Source: Blastocatellia bacterium
GTDB lineage: Bacteria > Acidobacteriota > Blastocatellia > UBA7656
Length of the DNA: 64,000 nt
Direction: 5' to 3'
Assembly (NCBI GenBank): GCA_963737945.1
Contig: CAVTUR010000010.1
Span: 66,709-130,708, forward strand
This document shows, in pieces, positions 19,047-29,719 of the stretch (position 1 is its first letter; every line of letters begins with the position of its first letter). The position numbers and the translations under genes are program-made. The notes under the pieces were generated by a model, which was given only the letters and a program-made list of their open reading frames with translations, did no database searches and had not been told where the DNA came from.

Positions 19047-19094
19047 ATCGCCGGAGTCACACGTTGAGCCGGCAATCGGCAAACCTGTAAAATT

Positions 19095-19886
19095 TTAATC
19101 AAAATATCGCGACTGAGCGCTATGTTGGCGCTCCACTTCTTCGAGCAGCGCCTCGGGCGACAGCCCGTCCGGTGTGACACCAAGCTTCTCTGAGATCGGT
19201 TGAGCGATGCGCGCCGCAAGGGCGGTTCGATTGGGTTCCTGTAGCTCGAATCTCCGCTTCAAAAAAGTCTTAACCGCGCGAAGCTCTTGCTCGCTCAACC
19301 GGCGCGTGTCGGCTGCAAAAGGCGCGGGCCCCATGCGATCCAGTCGTTGTTGTTCGATCTCCGAAACCTTGATTATGTCGTCGAGCGAGGGCGCCTCGGT
19401 AGCGCGTTCCTTAACGACCACCGTTCCGGCAACGAAATCACCCACGCGCTTGGATCTTGCGCTGAAGATTATTGATACGACTCCGATTGCGTACGAGGGG
19501 AACGGCTGAACATCTATAGCAACCCGGAGCAAATTTCTTACAAACACCTCAAAGAACCGGACAGGCCTGCCGTCTTCGCGCACGACTCGCAATCGCATCA
19601 TTCGTTTGCCAGGAGTCTGCCCGCTCCACAGAGTCTCAAACGCGACAAAGTATCCCCAGTAAACCGCAAAAACCGCGAGCACCGTCAAAGCGGCGGTCCA
19701 CACCCCCATTGAAGCAAATAACCTCCAGTTGCTGAGCGCTCCAGCGGCTACGAGGATTGCGATCATCACGAGAGCTTGAATAAGATGATCGATCGCCGAC
19801 GCCAGAAAGCGATTGCCGACGTTGGCGAGCACATAATGAAGCTCCACCCGTTCGGGTGTCTCAATTACCAGTTCATCGTCAAGCAT
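19095..19886 (-). CDS. RDD family membrane protein
   Basis: GQTPGKRMMRLRVV motif and several TM helices. Confidence 0.6.
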   Translation of the reverse strand: MLDDELVIETPERVELHYVLANVGNRFLASAIDHLIQALVMIAILVAAGALSNWRLFASMGVWTAALTVLAVFAVYWGYFVAFETLWSGQTPGKRMMRLRVVREDGRPVRFFEVFVRNLLRVAIDVQPFPSYAIGVVSIIFSARSKRVGDFVAGTVVVKERATEAPSLDDIIKVSEIEQQRLDRMGPAPFAADTRRLSEQELRAVKTFLKRRFELQEPNRTALAARIAQPISEKLGVTPDGLSPEALLEEVERQHSAQSRYFD

Positions 19887-19892
19887 GGCAGG

Positions 19893-20047
19893 CTCGGGAA
19901 GACTCAGAGTCAGTCGGAGAGGTCGGGGAGGTCAGAGGTCGGATGAGTCAGTCTGACGCGTCGGCGTGACCTCTGACCTCTGACTCTGACTCTGACCTCG
20001 TAGACTCTGACATTCTACTCTGACCTCTGGCTTCTGACTTCTCCAGT
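19893..20047. repeat. palindromic array of GGTCAGA / TCTGACC-type heptamers (about 150 bp hairpin centred on gacgcgtc)
   Basis: Read directly. The left arm is gactcagagtcagtcggagaggtcggggaggtcagaggtcgg... and the right arm is ...gacctctgacctctgactctgactctgacctcg... It overlaps the last ~30 codons of tmk. Confidence 0.8.
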
Positions 20048-20667
20048 TTCGACAACACCAGCGTCATAACGCATGAATGGGTTTCGTCAGCCGAGCCGCT
20101 CGCGTCAACCACTCTGATGCGCAAGGGCTCCCTTAGAGCCATCCTCAAATAGCCCTCTCTCATTCGCTGGTGAAAGTCAGCGTGCTGATCGTCAAACGCG
20201 CCGAGCAGACCGCCGACCGGACGTGAACCCAACCGCGTGCGAGCCATCGCCGGATCGAGATCGAACACGATTGTGAGATCGGGCACCAACCCGCCGGTGG
20301 CGAATTTGTTGAGGCTCTCTACCATCTCCAGATCCAACCCGCGGCCGTAACCCTGAAAGGCAACCGTTGAGTCGGTATAGCGGTCCGATATGACGATTCG
20401 GCCGGCATCCATTGCAGGCCTGATCAGCTCAGATACGTGCTGGGCGCGCGCGGCTACATACAGCAGAAGCTCAGTGGTTGGCGCGATGTGCACGCTCGCA
20501 TCTGAGACGAGCAGCCGGCGGATGTCCTCGCCAATGATCGTGCCGCCCGGCTCGCGAGTGACGACCACCTCGGACCCCCGCTGCCTGAGCCGCTCAGCCA
20601 GCAGATCCCGCTGGGTGCTCTTGCCGCAACCGTCGATCCCTTCAAATGTAATGAATAGTCCCCGCAT
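19948..20667 (-). CDS. tmk: thymidylate kinase with a repeat-encoded C-terminal extension
   Basis: N-terminus FITFEGIDGCGKSTQ (P-loop). The DRYTDST region. The last ~25 residues (SESTRSESESEVRGHADASD) are encoded by the heptamer array. Confidence 0.85.
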   Translation of the reverse strand: MRGLFITFEGIDGCGKSTQRDLLAERLRQRGSEVVVTREPGGTIIGEDIRRLLVSDASVHIAPTTELLLYVAARAQHVSELIRPAMDAGRIVISDRYTDSTVAFQGYGRGLDLEMVESLNKFATGGLVPDLTIVFDLDPAMARTRLGSRPVGGLLGAFDDQHADFHQRMREGYLRMALREPLRIRVVDASGSADETHSCVMTLVLSKLEKSEARGQSRMSESTRSESESEVRGHADASD

Positions 20668-20901
20668 TTAGCTCTCTTATTTGGCTGAACGTCGAACTCC
20701 GAAAGCGGAACCAGAAGTCAGAAACGACAAATCAGAAACCCCTGCGATTCAAGATACAATACCCATCGATTGCGCTTCGTCCAGGCAGACGAAACTCTGA
20801 ACCAAAAGCCAGACTCTAAACAGTCAAACCCCAAACTAGTTGGGCTGCCGAAGGGCAGCCCAAAGATTGCGACAAAAGTTTTTTGCTTAGCTGCGGGGGC
20901 C

Positions 20902-21240
20902 TTACGACTTCTCCTGGGCAGCCGCCGTGCTGGCTTGAGGCGCCGGGGTTGGCGTCGCATCCGCGGGGTGCTGCTCGCGATCGGATGGCCCCGGTGGCCT
21001 GCTGTAGTGATAGTCGCGAGCGCCTCCGCGCGGCAGTGATACCGTCGAGATCGCGTGCTTGAAGATCAGCTGCTCTTGCGATCCCGCTTCCAAAATAACC
21101 GAGTACTTGTCAAAGCTCTTAATTCTCCCGGTGAGCTTTACGCCGCTCATCAGGTAGATAGTTATGTTGCTTCGTTCCTTCCGGGCACTGTTCAGAAAGC
21201 TGTCTTGTATCGTGTTTTGTTGTTGTATTGGTTTTTCCAT
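20902..21240 (-). CDS. hfq: RNA chaperone Hfq with an extended P/A/T-rich C-terminal tail
   Basis: Sm motifs: [40 protein letters not shown]...LIFKHAIST. Start ATG 21240 with a GGAG RBS. Confidence 0.9.
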   Translation of the reverse strand: MEKPIQQQNTIQDSFLNSARKERSNITIYLMSGVKLTGRIKSFDKYSVILEAGSQEQLIFKHAISTVSLPRGGARDYHYSRPPGPSDREQHPADATPTPAPQASTAAAQEKS

Positions 21241-21505
21241 CGTTGAACTCCACAACCAAAATGTTTTTCTTTGTGTCTAAAACTAACATAATGAACTTGT
21301 TGCGAGCAAGAGTCCGTGCCCCCAGCGATGCACCTCTAAATCTTACGAATGCCAACCTCGTTGATTGGCGGTTGGAATCGGCCCGAGGACCCGGCCGGCA
21401 ATCAGATTGTGAGTTGACCCACACACTCCTCCGCGGCGCTGCTCGTTGCTTGACAGTACATCGCTCGTCGCCTACAAAGTAACCTCCGTATTTGAGGTTT
21501 GCATT

Positions 21506-23704
21506 ATGCCATCAGATGTTGACCAGATAGTCAGCGGAGACCACTCCGATCCCTTCGCGCTACTCGGCATGCACGAAACCGAGGCCGGAGGAATGAAGGC
21601 CATAGTCGTCCGCGCATACATCCCCGGAGCCGAACAAGTGTGGGTGATCGAAGCGACCCATCCAGACAACCAACATCCGATGCAGAAGGTTCGCGACGAG
21701 GGCTTCTTCGAGTTCACTTTCGACGATTGCCGCGAGAGATTTCCCTATCGGCTCAAAGCCGCCAACCGGTTCGGCGACTCGTGGGAGTTTCACGATCCTT
21801 ACAGCTTCCAGCCGCTTCTCTCGGATTACGATCTCCACCTGATGGCCGAAGGAACTCACTATCGAAACTTTGAAAAGCTCGGCTCCCACGTACGGGTAAT
21901 CGACGGCGTTCGCGGGGTGCACTTTGCGGTGTGGGCGCCTAACGCAAAGCGAGTCAGCCTTATCGGCGACTTTAATCAGTGGGATGGACGTCGTCATCCG
22001 ATGCGGTTTCACGCGGGCGCGGGTATATGGGAGATCTTTATCCCCGGGCTCCGCGAGGAGACCGTTTACAAGTTCGAGATCAAGTGGCGGCGTTTTGGTT
22101 TTATTACTCAAAAGACCGATCCGTATGCATTCTACTTCGAGCGCCGCCCGAAAACCGGAGCCATCGTATACGACATCAACCAGTATCAATGGCGCGACGA
22201 CGAATGGATGCAGCAGCGCAAGGCTAAGAACGGACTGGATGCGCCGCTCTCAATCTACGAAGTCCATCTCGGGTCGTGGATGCGGGCGCCCGAAGAAGGC
22301 AACCGCTATCTGACGTATCGCGAGCTTGCACACAAGCTGGTCGAATACGTCAAGCCGATGGGCTACACCCACATTGAGCTGCTGCCGGTGACCGAGCATC
22401 CCTACGGTGGAAGCTGGGGTTATCAGACCGTCGGATACTACGCGCCCACCTCGCGTCACGGTGAGCCGCACGAGTTCGCGTACTTCGTCGACTACTGCCA
22501 CCGCAACGGCATAGGCGTGATACTCGATTGGGTTCCGGCTCACTTTCCAAAAGACGGGCACGGGCTGGCCTACTTCGACGGTACGCATTTGTACGAGCAC
22601 TCCGACCCGCGCAAAGGTGAGCACCAGGATTGGGGAACCTTGATTTTCAACTACGGCCGAAACGAAGTGCGCAACTTTCTGCTGGGCAATGCCCTGTTCT
22701 GGCTGGAGAAATACCACATCGACGGGCTGCGGGTTGATGCGGTGGCGTCGATGCTCTACCTCGATTATTCGCGCAAGGAGGGTCAGTGGGTGCCAAACAT
22801 CCACGGCGGGCGTGAGAATCTCGAAGCCGTCGAATTCATAAAGAAGTTCAACGAGCTTGTTCACGAGCAGCACCCCGGCGCGATCACGATTGCCGAAGAG
22901 TCGACGTCGTGGCCCCTGGTCACGCGACCGACATACGACGGCGGGCTGGGATTCGATTTCAAATGGAACATGGGATGGATGAACGACACGCTCAAGTACT
23001 TTGCAATGGACCCGATCGATCGAAAGTATCATCACGGGAAGCTGACGTTCAGCCTGATGTACGCGTTCAGCGAGAACTTCGTGTTGCCGATCTCACACGA
23101 CGAAGTGGTGCACGGCAAGTATGCGCTCTTGGAAAAAATGCCGGGCGATGCGTGGAAGAAGTTTGCGAACCTGCGCGCCCTCTACGGATACATGTACGGG
23201 CATCCGGGCAAGAAGCTGCTGTTTATGGGATGCGACTTCGGCCAGTGGATCGAGTGGAATCATCAACGCAGTCTCGACTGGCATCTGCTCGGGTATGATT
23301 CACACCGGCAGCTCCTAGGGTATGTAAAAGACCTTAACAATCTCTATACGAGCGAGCCTTCGCTTCATCAAGTCGATTTCGAACACACCGGTTTTCAGTG
23401 GATCGACTTTCAGGACGCCAGGGGCAGCACCATTGCATTCATGCGCAAAGCAAAGAACGCTGATGATTACTTGATCTTCGCATTGAACTTCACGCCGGTG
23501 CCGAGATTTGGTGTTCGGCTCGGGGTGCCCGAGGAACTGTATTACAAGGAAGTACTGAACAGTGACGCCGGGGTGTACGGCGGAAGCAACCTGGGAAACT
23601 CAGGAGGCGTCACCTCGCGCAGCGAAGAATGGGCCGGTTGGCCTTGCCTGATTGAAGTCACGTTGCCTCCGCTCGCGGTGATCGTGCTGAAGCCTCAGCG
23701 TTGA
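21506..23704 (+). CDS. glgB: 1,4-alpha-glucan branching enzyme (GH13)
   Basis: CBM48 / GH13 catalytic blocks ([31 protein letters not shown]). Confidence 0.9.
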   Translation: MPSDVDQIVSGDHSDPFALLGMHETEAGGMKAIVVRAYIPGAEQVWVIEATHPDNQHPMQKVRDEGFFEFTFDDCRERFPYRLKAANRFGDSWEFHDPYSFQPLLSDYDLHLMAEGTHYRNFEKLGSHVRVIDGVRGVHFAVWAPNAKRVSLIGDFNQWDGRRHPMRFHAGAGIWEIFIPGLREETVYKFEIKWRRFGFITQKTDPYAFYFERRPKTGAIVYDINQYQWRDDEWMQQRKAKNGLDAPLSIYEVHLGSWMRAPEEGNRYLTYRELAHKLVEYVKPMGYTHIELLPVTEHPYGGSWGYQTVGYYAPTSRHGEPHEFAYFVDYCHRNGIGVILDWVPAHFPKDGHGLAYFDGTHLYEHSDPRKGEHQDWGTLIFNYGRNEVRNFLLGNALFWLEKYHIDGLRVDAVASMLYLDYSRKEGQWVPNIHGGRENLEAVEFIKKFNELVHEQHPGAITIAEESTSWPLVTRPTYDGGLGFDFKWNMGWMNDTLKYFAMDPIDRKYHHGKLTFSLMYAFSENFVLPISHDEVVHGKYALLEKMPGDAWKKFANLRALYGYMYGHPGKKLLFMGCDFGQWIEWNHQRSLDWHLLGYDSHRQLLGYVKDLNNLYTSEPSLHQVDFEHTGFQWIDFQDARGSTIAFMRKAKNADDYLIFALNFTPVPRFGVRLGVPEELYYKEVLNSDAGVYGGSNLGNSGGVTSRSEEWAGWPCLIEVTLPPLAVIVLKPQR

Positions 23705-23758
23705 TATCGCGTCCGGGCTGTGTCGGCCTAAGAGTGAACCTCCCAATAGTGCTGCAAC

Positions 23759-26233
23759 CTAATGCCCTTCTTCGATCTTGTGTTGTACGAGGAGTTCATT
23801 GAATCCGAGCCTATGACCCAGCTCTGTCATGATGTTTTGTGTAGTGTTAGCGGTCTTGTGTGACGCGTTCAGAAGCTCCCAAAACAGATTCTGCAGTCGC
23901 CACAGCTCGAGAGCGATCCCCAGTCGTTCGGCAAGGCGCAAGAAGTGAATCGCTGATTCGGCGCTCCCGCCATCGTGATTGCATCGATGCTCCTCGAGCC
24001 GCGCGTAGACTAACTGTTCGAGAGCCGCTTTCAAGCCGGCGGCATCGACCCTGCACCCGAGAGATTCTGCTTCGTGAAAGACTGAAACCGCCGACTCGCT
24101 CAATTGATCCTCCGACAGTGTTCCCCGCCCCAGCTCCGCGCACGCTTGCTCGATCCTCTGGCTGAGCACGTATTCAATCGCCCGTCGCAAACTCTCCGGC
24201 GCCGGTATCCTCATGCTCGCGAGCAGCCTCATCACATCTCGGCTCTCTTCGTAAATACGCCGGTAATGATCGCGCGATCTCTCGAGCGCGTCCTTCAGCA
24301 ACAGCCGTCCGATCTTTCTGCGTTCGTCATTGAACAAATCTCTCATCGCAAAGATCTCACCGTCGACGCCGGCGTCTATTGCGTGCAACAGGTCGCGCGT
24401 CGATTCATCACGCAGACCAAGACACAACTTATCCTTCAACGCTTCGTAGTCTTTGGTGGGCAATCCCTCTCGCACCACCGAGTGAAAGTCGTAGCCGCCA
24501 AGGTGCATCACCACAAACATTCCTTCCAATTCCTCATTGGTAATCACCGATCGCACATTGACCGAGCCGATTGCCAGCGTGCGCGTGCCAGCTGTTGCGC
24601 GGCGATAGTCCTTGCGCTCGAACTGGAAGGAGAAGATTCGCTCCGACGCCGTGTAGTCTTCAACCAGCGAGCTGATCCCATAGTGTGCGAGGCCTTTTTT
24701 GAGATCCGAGATGGACGGCCGAGCAAGTTGTTCATAGACCCGGGCGCCGTTGGCGATGTCAGGACTATTCCCGGGAGCTTTCTCGAGATCGGCGATGAAT
24801 TGCCGCTCCAGATCGACACCCGCGACATCCCGCGCGAGCTGAATAGCCCGGGCTGCGTATTCTATGATCTTGACGGTCTCGATGTTCGCGATGTCATCGA
24901 AGAACCATCCGCAGCTGGTGTACATCAGCGCCGCGTGGCGTTGCATTTCGAGCAACCGCCAGATGTTTACCTTGTCAGGGTCGGAGAGGGGACTGCGCGC
25001 GTGTATCGCCAGATACGCCTCGCACGTCTCAACCGACCTGTCGAGGATCACGCCGATGTACTGATCGAGCGCAACCCACGGATCTTTTAGCAGCGAGGCG
25101 CCGGCATGCTCGAAGACGATGTCCAGCCTTGCCTGGAGCGCAGTGAGCGCACGCCGAAGCGGCGCTCTCCACCGCTGATGATAATGGGTTTGCCTGCTGT
25201 TGCACCCGCAGTCGTTTCTCCACCGGTCTACGCCGTGCGCGCAGCTCCACGAGGTGTTTTCATGAATCTTCACTTCGTGGGTCGCCGGGTGGAGCGCGAG
25301 ATACTCCGAATAGTTTGTGATTCGAGCCAGCCCCGCTCGTTCAATCCGGTTGATCGCGTATGCCAGTCCCATATCGCCGAACCTTGAGTGGTGACCGAAG
25401 GTCTCGCCATCGGTTGCGATGTGCATCAACTGCGCGTGCTCGCGCTCAGGGTGGAACCCGGACATCAACCGATCCGCAAATCGATCGCCGCTCTTGAGTA
25501 GACCTTCGAACGAGATGTCGTGCGAGACCGGTTGGTCATAAAAGAACAGATCGAGGTGCCTTCCCTTACTCAAGCGGCAACGATAAGCGCGCGTTGGATC
25601 AATACGGCCAACGAAAAGCCCTTGCCACTCGCCGCCGGGGGCACGAACAGCTTGCGCTTGATTGGGTGAAAGAATCGTGAACTTGATTCCATGTTCGGCT
25701 AGGATCTGAAGGGTTGCGAGATCGACCGCAGTTTCAGACAGCCACATGCCTTCGGGCTTGCGGCCAAAACGGAACTCAAAGTCCGCAATCCCCCATCGTA
25801 CCTGAGTTAGTTTGTCTCGCTCGGATGCCAGGGGCATGATCGCGTGGTTGTAGCACTGAGCGATCGCGTTGCCGTGACCGTTGCGGGCGGTAAGGCTGCG
25901 CCGGTCGGCTTCGAGGATTTGTCGATAGACGTCGCTTCGATGCCGCTCGAGCCAGGACAGCAGCGTCGGCCCGAAATTGAAGCTCATCTTCTCGTAGTTG
26001 TTTACCAGCTCGACGATTCGCTCGTCGCCGTCCAGTATCCGTGAAACGGCGTTCGGCGCGTAGCACTCGGCGGTGATGCGCTCGTTCCAATCGTGATAGG
26101 GCGCGGCGGAGTCTTCGACCTCGACATCTTCGAGCCACGGATTCTCTCGGGGAGGTTGGTAGAAATGGCCGTGTACGCAGACGAAGCGATCGGTCGCTCT
26201 CGGGATTCGAGGCTCAGTTGGTTCGTTGCTCAA
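23759..26233 (-). CDS. glycoside hydrolase family 57 protein with a C-terminal DUF3536-like region
   Basis: N-terminal GH57 signature VCVHGHFYQPPRENPW. 824 aa. Confidence 0.75.
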   Translation of the reverse strand: MSNEPTEPRIPRATDRFVCVHGHFYQPPRENPWLEDVEVEDSAAPYHDWNERITAECYAPNAVSRILDGDERIVELVNNYEKMSFNFGPTLLSWLERHRSDVYRQILEADRRSLTARNGHGNAIAQCYNHAIMPLASERDKLTQVRWGIADFEFRFGRKPEGMWLSETAVDLATLQILAEHGIKFTILSPNQAQAVRAPGGEWQGLFVGRIDPTRAYRCRLSKGRHLDLFFYDQPVSHDISFEGLLKSGDRFADRLMSGFHPEREHAQLMHIATDGETFGHHSRFGDMGLAYAINRIERAGLARITNYSEYLALHPATHEVKIHENTSWSCAHGVDRWRNDCGCNSRQTHYHQRWRAPLRRALTALQARLDIVFEHAGASLLKDPWVALDQYIGVILDRSVETCEAYLAIHARSPLSDPDKVNIWRLLEMQRHAALMYTSCGWFFDDIANIETVKIIEYAARAIQLARDVAGVDLERQFIADLEKAPGNSPDIANGARVYEQLARPSISDLKKGLAHYGISSLVEDYTASERIFSFQFERKDYRRATAGTRTLAIGSVNVRSVITNEELEGMFVVMHLGGYDFHSVVREGLPTKDYEALKDKLCLGLRDESTRDLLHAIDAGVDGEIFAMRDLFNDERRKIGRLLLKDALERSRDHYRRIYEESRDVMRLLASMRIPAPESLRRAIEYVLSQRIEQACAELGRGTLSEDQLSESAVSVFHEAESLGCRVDAAGLKAALEQLVYARLEEHRCNHDGGSAESAIHFLRLAERLGIALELWRLQNLFWELLNASHKTANTTQNIMTELGHRLGFNELLVQHKIEEGH

Positions 26234-26408
26234 GGAAGTGTCTCGCCGGTTCCTTTCCGTCGCGCTTGTGGTCTGACACTTTAACCTCGAAACGAGCAGG
26301 CTTCAACCGGAGCTCTGATTGATGGGCTTATTCGAAGATAAGACAGGGTTGCAACCCACGCCGCAGGCGGCGCACTTGCCAGCACTCCCTACGGCGTGGG
26401 TATTCTCG

Positions 26409-27971
26409 CTAGTTCGCGGCCTTTGCGGCCGTCTCACTCGACGGTTGCTTCGCCAGGAATCGAGTGATCTTTCCTCCAAGATCCTGGGCCGCAGGCGGAT
26501 CGTAGTTGCCCTGAACGATCACCGTGTAACTGCCGTCCCAGAAGATATTCAGATAAGAGTTGATCCCGGGAGCTCCTCCGCTGTGACCTCTTACGCTCTT
26601 GCCATCGATCATCTCGTCGATGAAACCATAGCTGTATTTACCGCCCATCGGGGTGTCCACTTTCCCGCTGGTGATTTTTTCCGTCAGCTCAGCATTGACG
26701 AGTTTGTTCGCGCGCAACGCCTGGGCGAACCTCAGGAGATCGGGCGCGGTCGAGTAGCCGCCTCCCGCAGAGCTTCCCTGCATTGGCAAAGTCATTACGT
26801 TATTGCGTCGTGGTTCGATCCCCAACGGGTCGCCGCCTTGCAGACGCGTATAGCCAGTCCCAAGGTTTGGAACTATGTCGCTCACTGCGTATGATGCGGT
26901 GTCCTTCATGCCGGCCGGCGCGAAGATGTGATCGTGCACGTACTCGAAGTAGTCTTGACCCGAGACGCTTTCGACGACCGCGCCGAGCACGATAAAGCCG
27001 GCGTTGCTGTAGGACCAGCCCTTTCCCGGTTCGAACCTCAGCGGATCGTTCGCGAAGATCGGGAAGTAATCTTTCGGGTTGCGATACTTCTCGCGATTTT
27101 GAAAAAACTCAGGTTTGAAAAAATCACCCAGTCCGGAGGTATGGGTCAGCAGTTGGTGAATCGTGATCTTCGCCGCGACTTCTTTGTTTGGATACTCGGG
27201 GAGGACCTTTGCAAGCGTGGAGTCGTATGAGAGCTTGCCAGCCTGAACCAACTGAGCGATCGCGACGCTGGTGAACATCTTGTTCATCGAGCCTAGATTG
27301 AATTTGGTGTCGAGCTTGTTAGGAATATTGTTGGCCTTGTCGGCAAGCCCGTACGCCTTGTTGAAGATCACCCGATCGCCTTTGGCGACGAGCGCAACGC
27401 CTGAGAATCTGTCGTCGGCCGCGGCCTTTGCCACGTGACGCTCAATCTCTTTGATGGCATCGGCCTCGCTCATCTTGGAAGTAGCCCACACGTCTGCCTT
27501 CTCGGCTCCGGGATCGCCGGCGCCGCGAAAACCCCAGCCATCGAGCTTGCCGGGCTCGTCCTTCTCCAACCGTGTCATGAACTGTGCCCAATGGCTCCCG
27601 CGCTTGGTGCGAAGACTGAGCTGAACTTCGCCCGGGCCTCTCGAGGGCAGCACCTGCATCACATCGAATCCGCCGCTTTGCGAGTAAAGCCGGTAAGCCC
27701 TTGTGGCGTATTCGTCCGCCGAATCCTCGTTGAGCGCGCGATTCGACAGATTCTCCTTCATGAATGTCTCCATCGCGGCCTTGTCGCCAGTATTGATTGC
27801 GTCAAGCAGCGCGCGGGCGAGTTTCCCTTCCGGCGTTGCCGGAACCTCGGCTTTCGCTTGCGCGGGTTGATTGTGTTGGTAAGCAATCGTGGCGGGTACG
27901 GCGACAAGCGCAGCAAAAACTGCGATCGCGCATGCTCGCCTCAAAAACGCCGAAGCGGAATTGTGTTTCAT
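26409..27971 (-). CDS. serine hydrolase of the beta-lactamase/PBP-like fold, with a signal peptide and an N-terminal extra domain
   Basis: SxxK motif (GSMNKMFTS) and signal peptide. Divergent from a LysR regulator. Confidence 0.7.
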   Translation of the reverse strand: MKHNSASAFLRRACAIAVFAALVAVPATIAYQHNQPAQAKAEVPATPEGKLARALLDAINTGDKAAMETFMKENLSNRALNEDSADEYATRAYRLYSQSGGFDVMQVLPSRGPGEVQLSLRTKRGSHWAQFMTRLEKDEPGKLDGWGFRGAGDPGAEKADVWATSKMSEADAIKEIERHVAKAAADDRFSGVALVAKGDRVIFNKAYGLADKANNIPNKLDTKFNLGSMNKMFTSVAIAQLVQAGKLSYDSTLAKVLPEYPNKEVAAKITIHQLLTHTSGLGDFFKPEFFQNREKYRNPKDYFPIFANDPLRFEPGKGWSYSNAGFIVLGAVVESVSGQDYFEYVHDHIFAPAGMKDTASYAVSDIVPNLGTGYTRLQGGDPLGIEPRRNNVMTLPMQGSSAGGGYSTAPDLLRFAQALRANKLVNAELTEKITSGKVDTPMGGKYSYGFIDEMIDGKSVRGHSGGAPGINSYLNIFWDGSYTVIVQGNYDPPAAQDLGGKITRFLAKQPSSETAAKAAN

Positions 27972-28051
27972 AGTAGTCTCTCCTCTTCACCTATTAACGC
28001 ACCGATCGGGAATTCGTTTTATGGATTGTGGTAATATCGCACATTCACGCT

Positions 28052-28993
28052 ATGAATCTACAATCGATCGATCTGAACCTGCTCGTGGCCTTCGAAGCTC
28101 TGATGGAGGAACGCAACGTTACCCGAGCCGCGCGCCGCGTCGGGTTGAGCCAGCCTGCTATGAGCAACGCGTTGGCGCGATTGCGGCGAACGTTTGACGA
28201 TCCGCTGTTGGTACGAACGCCAGGTGGAATGACGCCGACGCCCGCCGCTCAGGGGCTGATCGACGCCGTCCGCGGGGCGCTCTCGCAACTGCGCGCGGCG
28301 CTCGACGAGAAACCGGCGTTCAACCCGGCTGCATCCGGGCGCGCGTTCCACGTCCTGACCAGTGATTACGCCGAGATAGTGCTGCTTGCTCTTCTGGTCG
28401 GCAAGCTCCGCGAGCAAGCCGCCGGCGTGAGCATTCGCATCCATCGGCCGCCGAACGTCTTTCAACCCCCGTCACGCACGTCGCTGTCTGATTCATTCGA
28501 TCTGGCTATCGGATTCTTTCCGGACGCGTTGTCGCTGGACGCCAGCGTGCGGTCCGAGGTGCTGTTCGAAGAGGACAACGTTTGCATCGCCGCCGCCAAT
28601 CACCCGTCCATCAAATCCAAGATTTCGATCCGTCAATACTCGGTTGCACGGCACGCTGCTGTCTTCTACAAATCAGAAGGACCCGGTGTGATCGACACGA
28701 TTCTCGCTCAAAAGGGACTGACCCGGCAGCTGGCAGTTCTTGCGCCGCACTTCGCCAGCGTGCCCTTCATCGTTGCCGAGTCAGATCTGATCGCGACGCT
28801 GCCCCGCCGTCTGGCACTGAGATTCAGCAAGGCCTTGAAGCTTCAAGTGCTGCCGATTCCCTTCACCATACCGCCTTTTCGGCTGGCGATGCTGTGGCAC
28901 GAACGAGTCGATTCGGACCCCGCTCACGCATGGTTTCGAAGGCTGACAGTTGAGACAGCGCGAGGGTGCAACCCTGCTTCCGTCGTAGGGTAG
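28052..28993 (+). CDS. LysR family transcriptional regulator
   Basis: N-terminal HTH LNLLVAFEALMEERNVTRAARRVGLSQPAMSNALARLR and a substrate-binding domain. Its stop codon lies inside the first REP copy. Confidence 0.85.
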   Translation: MNLQSIDLNLLVAFEALMEERNVTRAARRVGLSQPAMSNALARLRRTFDDPLLVRTPGGMTPTPAAQGLIDAVRGALSQLRAALDEKPAFNPAASGRAFHVLTSDYAEIVLLALLVGKLREQAAGVSIRIHRPPNVFQPPSRTSLSDSFDLAIGFFPDALSLDASVRSEVLFEEDNVCIAAANHPSIKSKISIRQYSVARHAAVFYKSEGPGVIDTILAQKGLTRQLAVLAPHFASVPFIVAESDLIATLPRRLALRFSKALKLQVLPIPFTIPPFRLAMLWHERVDSDPAHAWFRRLTVETARGCNPASVVG

Positions 28994-29719
28994 ACTGTCC
29001 AGTCCGCGGGGCCGTTTCGGTGGTACCGTAGACTGTCCAGTCGGCGGGTTTGCTTCAGTCGTACCGTAGACTGTCCAGTCTGCGGGAGCCGCTCAGGCTC
29101 GGCCATCCTCTCGCATCAACCATCGCGCGCAGACTAGACAGTCTACGCTACCTTTTCTCTGACGGCGTGGGCTGTCCAGTCTGCGGGAGCCGCTCAGGCT
29201 CGGCCATCCTCTCGCATCAACCATCGCGCGCAGACTAGACAGTCTACGCTACCTTTTCTCTGACGGCGTACCGTGGACTGTCCCGTCTGCGGGTCCCCCA
29301 TTCTCAGCCAATCTTTCGGGTGATTCATCGTGCGCAGACTTGACAGTCTACGCTACCTTTTCTCTGACGGCGTACCGTGGACTGTCCAGTCTGCGGGTCC
29401 CTCATTCTCGGCCAATCCTTTCGCGTCAATCATCGTGCGCAGACTAGACAGTCTACGCTACCTTTTCTCTGACGGCGTGGGCTGTCCCGTCTGCGGGAGC
29501 CGCTCAGGCTCGGCCATCCTCTCGCATCAACCATCGCGCGCAGACTAGACAGTCTACGCTACCTTTTCTCTGACGGCGTACCGTGGGCTGTCCCGTCTGC
29601 GGGAGCCGCTCAGGCTCGGCCATCCTCTCGCATCAACCATCGCGCGCAGACTAGACAGTCTACGCTACCTTTTCTCTGATGGCGTACCGTGGACTCTCCA
29701 GTCTGCGGGAGCCGCGCCT
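28988..29719. repeat. upstream REP/REPIN array: three direct REP half-sites, then about five 115-120 bp palindromic doublets
   Basis: Each unit is gtaccgt(a/g)gactgtccagtctgcggg + a 40-45 nt spacer (two spacer classes) + cgcgcagactagacagtctacgctaccttttctctgacggc. The two halves are 19-bp imperfect inverted repeats of each other. Confidence 0.85.
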
